Of a stretch of DNA of 32,000 bases, positions 26,850 through 32,000 are shown piece after piece. Location of the stretch: NCBI RefSeq assembly GCF_000012905.2, contig NC_007493.2:1650001-1682000 (forward strand), given 5' to 3'. The position numbers and the translations under genes are program-made. The notes below the pieces were generated by a model that did not search any database, was not told the origin of the DNA, and saw only the letters and a list, made by a program, of their open reading frames with translations. Source of the DNA: Cereibacter sphaeroides 2.4.1 (GTDB lineage: Bacteria; Pseudomonadota; Alphaproteobacteria; Rhodobacterales; Rhodobacteraceae). Each line of letters begins with the position of its first letter. The stretch's first letter is position 1.

Positions 26850-28223
26850 ATGACGCTCGACGCCGTGCTCACCCGGATCGACACCGGCCTGCCCGAGGCT
26901 CTGGACCGGCTGATGGCGCTGTTGCGCATCCCCTCGATCTCGACCGATCCCGCCCATGCCGCCGAATGCGAGGCCGCCGCCGACTGGCTGGTGGCCGATC
27001 TCGCGTCGCTGGGCTTCGAGGTCTCGAAGCGCCCCACCCCCGGCCATCCGATGGTGGTGGCTCATGCCCCGGGTCAAGGGCCGCACCTGCTGTTCTACGG
27101 CCATTACGACGTGCAGCCCGTCGATCCGCTCTCGCTCTGGGACCGTCCGCCCTTCGAGCCGGCGATCGAGGAGACGCCGCGCGGCAAGGTGATCCGCGGC
27201 CGCGGCGCCTCCGACGACAAGGGCCAGCTCATGACCTTCCTCGAGGCCTGCCGCGCCTGGAAGGCCGAGCACGGCACGCTGCCCTGCCGCCTCACGATCT
27301 TCCTCGAGGGCGAGGAGGAATCGGGCTCGCCCTCGCTCGTGCCCTTCATGAAGGAGAATGCCGAAGAGCTGACCGCGGATGTGGCGCTGATCTGCGACAC
27401 CGGCCTCTTCGAATCGCGCACGCCCGCCATCGTGACCATGCTGCGCGGCCTGCTGGGCGAGGAGCTGGTGGTGCGCGGCCCCTCGAAGGACCTGCATTCC
27501 GGCATGTATGGCGGGGTCGCGATCAACCCGATCCGCGTGCTGACCCGCGCGCTCGCGGCCCTTCACGACGAGACCGGCCGCGTCACCCTGCCCGGCTTCT
27601 ACGACGGCGTGAGCGAATTGCCCGAGGCGATCCGCGCCCAGTGGCAGGGGCTCGCCTTCGATCACGCGCGCTTCCTCGGCGACGTGGGCCTCTCGCAGCC
27701 CGCAGGCGAAGAGGATCGCACACCCCTCGAGATGATCTGGTCGCGCCCCACCTGCGAGATCAACGGCATCTGGGGCGGCTATACCGGGGCGGGCTTCAAG
27801 ACGGTGCTGCCCGCCGAGGCCCATGCCAAGGTCAGCTTCCGCCTCGTGGGCGAGCAGGATCCGCATGCGATCCGCGAGGCCTTCCGCGCCCATGTCCGCG
27901 CGCATCTGCCCCCGGACTGCACGGTCGAGTTCCACGGCCACGGCAATTCCAAGGCCTCGCACATGCGCACCTCCGCGCCCGCCTTCGAGCAGGCGCGCGC
28001 CGCGCTGACCGAGGAATGGGGCCGGCCCGCCGCCTATGTGGGCTGCGGCGGCTCGATCCCGATCGCGGGCCACTTCCAGACGCTTCTCGGCATGGATGCG
28101 ATGCTCGTGGGCTTTGCGAAGGACGACGATCAGATCCATTCGCCGAACGAGAAATACGACGTCGAGAGCTTCCACAAGGGCATCCGCTCCTGGGCGCGCT
28201 TCCTCGCCCGCGTGACGGAATGA
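26850..28223 (+). CDS. M20 family metallopeptidase (dipeptidase-like)
   Basis: It has LLRIPSIS, FYGHYDVQP, RGASDDKG and FLEGEEESGS, which are M20 metal and catalytic motifs. The start was chosen at MTLDAVL, with GGAAGGA 7 nt upstream. Confidence 0.88.
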   Translation: MTLDAVLTRIDTGLPEALDRLMALLRIPSISTDPAHAAECEAAADWLVADLASLGFEVSKRPTPGHPMVVAHAPGQGPHLLFYGHYDVQPVDPLSLWDRPPFEPAIEETPRGKVIRGRGASDDKGQLMTFLEACRAWKAEHGTLPCRLTIFLEGEEESGSPSLVPFMKENAEELTADVALICDTGLFESRTPAIVTMLRGLLGEELVVRGPSKDLHSGMYGGVAINPIRVLTRALAALHDETGRVTLPGFYDGVSELPEAIRAQWQGLAFDHARFLGDVGLSQPAGEEDRTPLEMIWSRPTCEINGIWGGYTGAGFKTVLPAEAHAKVSFRLVGEQDPHAIREAFRAHVRAHLPPDCTVEFHGHGNSKASHMRTSAPAFEQARAALTEEWGRPAAYVGCGGSIPIAGHFQTLLGMDAMLVGFAKDDDQIHSPNEKYDVESFHKGIRSWARFLARVTE

Positions 28224-28663
28224 CCCGCCTGATCCGCAGCGTGGAGGCGGCCGACGAGGCCGCCTTCCGCGCCCTCTGGGCGGACTATCTGAGCTTCTAT
28301 CGCGTGGATCTCGCCCCCGAGGTGACCGACGCCACCTGGGCCCGCCTCCTCGAGCCCGCATCGCCGCTCACGGGCCGCCTCGTGCTGACCGAGGGGCGCG
28401 TACGGGGCTTTGCGCTCCATCACACCCATCTGTCGACCTGGAACCTCCGCCCCGACGTCTATCTCGAGGATCTCTATCTCGAGCCTTCCGCGCGCGGCCT
28501 GGGTCTTGGCCGGGCCCTGATCGAGGATCTGATCGCACTCGGACGCGCTGCGGGCTGGGGCCGCCTCTACTGGCACACGGACGAGGGGAACCGGACGGCG
28601 CGCGCCCTCTACGACCGCTTCACCCGCGCCGACGGGCACGTCCGCTACCGCCTCACCCTCTGA
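28220..28663 (+). CDS. GNAT family N-acetyltransferase
   Basis: 147 aa beginning MTRLIRSVEAAD. The acetyl-CoA motif is ARGLGLGRALIEDL. Its ATG overlaps the M20 stop (ATGA at 28220-28223). It is read from the second half of the 26828..28663 frame. Confidence 0.85.
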   Translation: MTRLIRSVEAADEAAFRALWADYLSFYRVDLAPEVTDATWARLLEPASPLTGRLVLTEGRVRGFALHHTHLSTWNLRPDVYLEDLYLEPSARGLGLGRALIEDLIALGRAAGWGRLYWHTDEGNRTARALYDRFTRADGHVRYRLTL

Positions 28664-28692
28664 CCCGCCGCCAGCGGCAGAAGCCCCGCCCC

Positions 28693-28747
28693 CGTCTCAC
28701 TCTGGAAAAATATCCTCGGGGGGTGCGGGGGGCAGACGGCCCCCCGC
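28693..28747 (-). repeat. Dispersed intergenic box, copy C, with adjacent GC hairpin
   Basis: Plus strand cgtctcactctggaaaaatatcc (28693-28715), followed by gcggggggc-agacg-gccccccgc (28725-28747, perfect 9 bp). In the minus sense this is a hairpin followed by GGATATTTTTCCAGAGTGAGACG. Confidence 0.55.
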
Positions 28748-28814
28748 GGGCTCCACCGCGCCCCGCCCGGCCCGCCCCGCCCTGCATCACCCGGCCGGCC
28801 TGCCCGCCAAAAGC

Positions 28815-28842
28815 AAAAGGCCGGGCAGAAGCCCGGCCTTTT
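28815..28842. terminator. Bidirectional intrinsic terminator between the GNAT gene and the tRNA-Asp pair
   Basis: aaaaggccgggc-agaa-gcccggcctttt is a perfect 12-bp stem including the A/T arms. T-runs follow on both strands. It lies 18 nt downstream of the tRNA 3' end. Confidence 0.8.
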
Positions 28843-28859
28843 CGCAATCCTGAAAGAAG

Positions 28860-28936
28860 TGGCGCGGTTGACGGGGCTCGAACCCGCGACCCCCGGCGTG
28901 ACAGGCCGGTACTCTAACCAACTGAGCTACAACCGC
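28860..28936 (-). tRNA. tRNA-Asp (anticodon GTC), copy 1, CCA encoded
   Basis: The reverse complement folds by hand as follows. Acceptor GCGGTTG/CAACCGC. D arm GCTC-AGTTGGTTA-GAGT. Anticodon arm CCGGC-CTGTCAC-GCCGG. Variable loop GGGTC. T arm GCGGG-TTCGAGC-CCCGT. Discriminator G, then CCA. It closely resembles E. coli tRNA-Asp. Confidence 0.93.
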
Positions 28937-28971
28937 GCTCTTCTTCCTCACGTTCGGGCGGCGGCGGACGG

Positions 28972-29048
28972 TGGCGCGGTTGACGGGGCTCGAACCCGCG
29001 ACCCCCGGCGTGACAGGCCGGTACTCTAACCGACTGAGCTACAACCGC
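28972..29048 (-). tRNA. tRNA-Asp (anticodon GTC), copy 2, CCA encoded
   Basis: Same fold as copy 1. It differs at one D-loop position: AGTCGGTTA here versus AGTTGGTTA in copy 1. A 35-nt spacer separates the two genes. Confidence 0.93.
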
Positions 29049-29081
29049 GTGCGCCGTCCGGTCGCCGCCGAACGTGGGGGC

Positions 29082-29110
29082 GTATTACGCAGCCTCACGG
29101 GCGCCGTCAA
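29082..29110 (-). promoter_or_regulatory. Sigma-70-type promoter for the tRNA-Asp pair
   Basis: In the minus sense it reads TTGACG (29105-29110), a 17-nt spacer, then TAATAC (29082-29087). An A/T-rich stretch ttcacattttt lies upstream, in UP-element position. The -10 element ends about 33 nt before the first tRNA 5' end. Confidence 0.55.
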
Positions 29111-29137
29111 GCGCCCCCGCGCCGAAAAATGTGAAAG

Positions 29138-29902
29138 TCATTTCTCCGGGGCCGGAATGAACTCGGCACTGTCGTTCGGTGGCAGGCGGAAGCGCCCGTG
29201 CGCCCAGTCCCCCGCCCGCCAGGCTTCGCGCGCGGCCTCGATCCGCTCCTTCGAGGAGGCCACGAAATTCCACCAGATCCAGCGCGGCCCGTCGGCCACG
29301 GCGCCGCCCAGCACCATCAGGCGCGCGCCCTGAGAGCCCGCCGTCAGCGCCAGCCGGTCGACCGGGCGCATGACCAGCATCCGCCCCGCCTCGAAGCTCT
29401 GCCCGCCCACGCTCACCGAGCCGTCGATGACATAGGCTCCCAGATCCTCGTGCCCCTCGGGCATCGGCAGCCGCGCCCCGGGGGCGAGAATGGCGTCGGC
29501 ATAGACCGCCTCGACCGGCAGATCGACCGGCGCCCGTTCGCCCCAGGCCTGCCCGAGGATCAGCCGGACGCGCTTGCCCTCGCCCTCGAGCTCGGGCAGC
29601 CGGTCGGCGCCCTGATGCACGAAGGCCGCGGCATCGTCCTCGCGGTCCTTCGGCAGCGCGAGCCATGTCTGCAGCCCGAACAGGCTGCCCGGCCCCTCCG
29701 GCGCATCCGTGCGCTCGGAATGGGTGATTCCGTGGCCCGCGAGCATCCAGTTCACCGCGCCCGGCTCGATCCACTGGTCGGTGCCGAGGCCGTCGCGGTG
29801 GTGGAGCCGCCCGCGCAGGAGATAGGTCACGGTGCCGAGGCCGATATGCGGATGCGGCCGCACATCGATCCCCCGCCCGGTCAGGAACTCCGCCGGGCCC
29901 AT
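29138..29902 (-). CDS. Pirin family protein lacking its N-terminal roughly 45 residues (probable gene remnant)
   Basis: It has MGPAEF..GIDVRPHPHIGLGTVTYLL.G...HRD and NWMLAGHGITHSER, which are pirin cupin motifs. Pirin-like sequence continues upstream of the first ATG (PFTFFDQ, 29903-29923). It then changes to NDKGKI and an in-frame TGA at 29942-29944, with no alternative start codon. Confidence 0.8.
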   Translation of the reverse strand: MGPAEFLTGRGIDVRPHPHIGLGTVTYLLRGRLHHRDGLGTDQWIEPGAVNWMLAGHGITHSERTDAPEGPGSLFGLQTWLALPKDREDDAAAFVHQGADRLPELEGEGKRVRLILGQAWGERAPVDLPVEAVYADAILAPGARLPMPEGHEDLGAYVIDGSVSVGGQSFEAGRMLVMRPVDRLALTAGSQGARLMVLGGAVADGPRWIWWNFVASSKERIEAAREAWRAGDWAHGRFRLPPNDSAEFIPAPEK

Positions 29903-30078
29903 CTGGTCGAAGAATGTGAAGGGTATTTTACCCTTGTCGTTTCAGTGACTTAGGGCAGCACTTGCCGAGATCGGGCCTCAAGCCCCTGCCCCGATCTACC
30001 TACATACGAGTCCCGCGAAACTATCAAGTCGATTGCCAGCCTAAATACATTTAATTTAGGCAAGGCGGATTGCAAAAC

Positions 30079-30411
30079 ATGGAAGCTTTATTATTTGGAA
30101 TTCCGCTATTCGTATTTACAGCCGCCTTTATTGGGGCTCTTTATTCGACTAAGGAATTCAAGTCGAAACGGGGAACCCGAATTGGTCGGATGTTCGATTA
30201 CCTGATTCACTTCACATTGGCGTTTTTATCGGCATTGGTTCTGTATTCGCCAATATCAGCCTATTTCGGATTGCCTCCTGATTTGCATGGATTTATGGCG
30301 CTCATCCTGTCTATGACATTTCACAATATCGCGAATGGATTCACGAAACTGTCAAAAGATAAAGATGCCATTCGCGACTTCATCATTCGATTGTTAGGCG
30401 GCAAAAAGTAA
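30079..30411 (+). CDS. Small 3-TM membrane protein with a charged C-terminal tail (moron, holin-like or exclusion candidate)
   Basis: 110 aa from ATG 30079; an alternative TTG is at 30070. Hydrophobic segments are LLFGIPLFVFTAAFIGALY, MFDYLIHFTLAFLSALVLY and GFMALILSMTFHNIANGF. The tail is KLSKDKDAIRDFIIRLLGGKK. A GGA-containing RBS lies about 9 nt upstream. I recognised no family. Confidence 0.6.
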   Translation: MEALLFGIPLFVFTAAFIGALYSTKEFKSKRGTRIGRMFDYLIHFTLAFLSALVLYSPISAYFGLPPDLHGFMALILSMTFHNIANGFTKLSKDKDAIRDFIIRLLGGKK

Positions 30412-30412
30412 A

Positions 30413-30441
30413 GGGGACCGAATTAACGATCCCCTCTTTAT
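30413..30441. terminator. Bidirectional terminator between the convergent small membrane protein gene and the tail-fibre gene
   Basis: ggggaccg-aattaa-cgatcccc is an 8-bp stem with one mismatch. On the plus strand it is followed by tctttatcttt. On the minus strand it is followed by tttactttttg. Confidence 0.6.
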
Positions 30442-30443
30442 CT

Positions 30444-32000
30444 TTATCTGCTAATCTGACTGACAATCACCTTCGGACGGTAAACAACACCCTTACCGGT
30501 ATCCATCACAACTCGAACTTTCAGGTTAGCAATGCGCTCGAATAAGATGCTTGAGTATACACCTCCAATGAGAAGGCCATTCACCGCCAGCGCCTCACCA
30601 CCCTCCAATTCTTTCGAAGCCAAGTAAATGCTATTGAATTCGGAGTTCGTCCCATACAAGTTAATCCAAGCATTCGGGTTTGCCGCAGTTGAAGCCCACA
30701 AGGTGACTGCAATTCTGCAACTCGAAACCGATGAACGACGCCCAAGAGAACAATAGAATTCAGTTCTGATCGGGTTAAGCAATGCTCCTCCGTCATCTTC
30801 AGCCGCCGCGAAATTCAATCCAGATCCAAGAGGAATGACACCTTCCCAAACCGAAGTGTCGTCTTTCGTGAATGTCTGGAATTGCTGATAATAAGTCTTC
30901 GATACGGCACCAGACACGATCATGTCCGAACGGACTTTCAGACTGTTGAATTCAGCATTTCCATTTTGCTGAATGCGCCATCCCGAAGTGTTTGCAACGA
31001 AGTTATTAGATTGCAGCACGTTATTAAAGACAGCCAATCCAGCGGCATTGAAGCTAGAGGTATTGATATGCTCGGCCAGAAGTGAACCAGTAGTGTGATG
31101 GTTCGATGTCAGCGTGTTAGAAGAAATGTGATTCCCCTTAACACTTCCATCAACGATCAATTCGCCTCCTGCTGCTTTACGGACGGCCAATGAACCCATT
31201 TGGACATAGGAAGCCACGGAGTCATTGCGGATATACATCTGAACCCGAGCGAAAGCCGCATTGGCATGAGCAGTTACGTTAGCCGTTTTTCGATCAACAC
31301 CAAGGTTAGCAGTATCGGCATAAACGTTTCTTTGCCCGAGCAAAGCACCAGCGTTATTATAGAACGCCAAACGAAGGATAACGTTGGCACCGCCTGAGCC
31401 TTGCGTTTGGAGCAGAGCCGAAACGTGATAATCGGTGCCGCCTGTAACGGCGAAGGTAGAAGATTGAACACCAGAATAGTTCGTGTCTCCTGTCCCGTTA
31501 ACGCTCAACCGCAGAATATAAGGGCTTGCCCAGACAGCATTACCGGCCACGCTGAAAGCTTGGAACGGGCCAAGCCCGCCACCTCCAACCCAAGTTGCCC
31601 CTCCGCTGAAAAACTCCGAGAAGTCTGCATCAGGAACAAGGTTCGAGAAGTCGCTAATGGCAACTTTCGACGCAACAACCGATTGGCTGGCAAGTTCCCT
31701 AGTTCCGATTGCCCCGGCAGCGATTTGTGCTGCAACCAATTCGCCAATCACATCCGTAGCATTGACGTTCTTGACGTATGCACCATTAGACCATCTATAG
31801 GTTTCACCTTTCCAGAAAATCAGCGATGTCTTCTTAGTTGTTGGAAGTGCAGCACCAGCCCATGGAGTGATTGGCTCAATCCCCAATGCGAAAGAAGCAA
31901 TATCGACACTGCCCGGAGTCGGAGCAGCAACAAGCTCAGATACCCATGCAGAACCGTTCCAGCGGTAAAGCTTGCCAGTCGGAACCTGCATAACTAGTTG
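30444..32000 (-). CDS. Phage tail-fibre / receptor-binding-like protein, 5' end probably beyond the window
   Basis: At least 515 aa. It has duplicated GKLYRWNGSAWV and GETYRWSNGAYV motifs. It also has GELVAAQIAAGAIGTRELASQSVVASKVA and NTSGWRIQQNGNAEFNSLKVRS, motifs I associate with phage tail fibres. The frame stays open upstream of the first ATG (31991) to position 32000. Confidence 0.7.
   Translation of the reverse strand, partial: QLVMQVPTGKLYRWNGSAWVSELVAAPTPGSVDIASFALGIEPITPWAGAALPTTKKTSLIFWKGETYRWSNGAYVKNVNATDVIGELVAAQIAAGAIGTRELASQSVVASKVAISDFSNLVPDADFSEFFSGGATWVGGGGLGPFQAFSVAGNAVWASPYILRLSVNGTGDTNYSGVQSSTFAVTGGTDYHVSALLQTQGSGGANVILRLAFYNNAGALLGQRNVYADTANLGVDRKTANVTAHANAAFARVQMYIRNDSVASYVQMGSLAVRKAAGGELIVDGSVKGNHISSNTLTSNHHTTGSLLAEHINTSSFNAAGLAVFNNVLQSNNFVANTSGWRIQQNGNAEFNSLKVRSDMIVSGAVSKTYYQQFQTFTKDDTSVWEGVIPLGSGLNFAAAEDDGGALLNPIRTEFYCSLGRRSSVSSCRIAVTLWASTAANPNAWINLYGTNSEFNSIYLASKELEGGEALAVNGLLIGGVYSSILFERIANLKVRVVMDTGKGVVYRPKVIVSQISR

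Larger units (their letters stand above)
29925..32000. mobile_element. Edge of a horizontally acquired low-GC phage-like segment (prophage end or phage-tail-like island), continuing beyond the window
   Basis: Hand-counted G+C is 50% at 30121-30180, 47% at 30481-30540 and 43% at 31081-31140, against 73% at 29341-29400. The break coincides with the truncation of the pirin gene. The segment carries a tail-fibre-like gene. Confidence 0.65.

Noticed and set aside
28860-29048. The tRNA-Asp pair as the integration site of the low-GC element.
   Set aside because: The composition break is at about 29921-29925, on the 5' side of the tRNAs and separated from them by the high-GC pirin remnant. I saw no partial tRNA-Asp 3' repeat near the junction. 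The true target appears to be the pirin gene or a deletion endpoint.
28971-29333. A 120-aa plus-strand ORF covering the second tRNA-Asp gene and the pirin 3' end.
   Set aside because: It overlaps a well-folded tRNA gene and the antisense of a motif-bearing pirin ORF. It has no RBS and no recognisable domain.
30444-30600. A diversity-generating retroelement (variable region at the fibre C-terminus with a nearby template repeat).
   Set aside because: I found no second copy of the fibre 3' sequence within 29925-30443 and no reverse transcriptase gene in the visible segment. One located beyond 32000 cannot be excluded.
1-32000. CRISPR arrays, IS elements or transposase genes, rRNA genes, toxin-antitoxin pairs and recognisable defence genes.
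   Set aside because: I saw no regularly spaced 25-40-nt direct repeats, no transposase- or integrase-like translation in any frame of the track, and no rRNA-like sequence. The only repeats found are the short boxes and hairpins reported above.

Overview
The window is about 94% ordinary core chromosome of a high-GC alphaproteobacterium. About 73% G+C was hand-counted at 29341-29400. From memory, the 5-aminolevulinate synthase encoded here matches Cereibacter (Rhodobacter) sphaeroides HemA, so the source is probably that species or a close relative.

Genes in order:
- uvrA 5' part, with an alphaproteobacterial SOS box upstream
- two MFS transporters, lpdA, a DUF924 gene and queA
- a 1094-aa AsmA/YhdP-like envelope protein and bcp
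- an overlapping M23-endopeptidase/bactofilin pair
- a DUF2189 membrane protein and prfB, which is one uninterrupted ORF with no frameshift
- PBP1A, an AmiC-type amidase, an aminotransferase and a DsbA-like oxidoreductase
- ispG, a RodZ-like protein, and hemA with a perfect FNR-type box upstream
- a secreted Cys-containing protein, an M20 peptidase overlapping a GNAT gene, and two tandem tRNA-Asp(GUC) genes

The accessory part is the last roughly 2.1 kb. At about 29921-29925 the pirin gene loses its 5' end and composition falls to 43-50% G+C in hand-counted 60-nt samples. This foreign segment carries a small 3-TM protein gene and, convergent with it, a large phage tail-fibre-like gene that is still open at the window edge. 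It looks like one end of a prophage or phage-tail-like island whose body lies beyond the window. I see no complete novel multi-gene system inside the window.

Other items worth a second look:
- a conserved roughly 23-nt box with an adjacent GC hairpin, present three times in one orientation
- direct repeats upstream of the M23/bactofilin operon
- reuse of an identical 18-nt terminator core

All protein calls rest on motif recognition from the supplied translations. No database search was possible.
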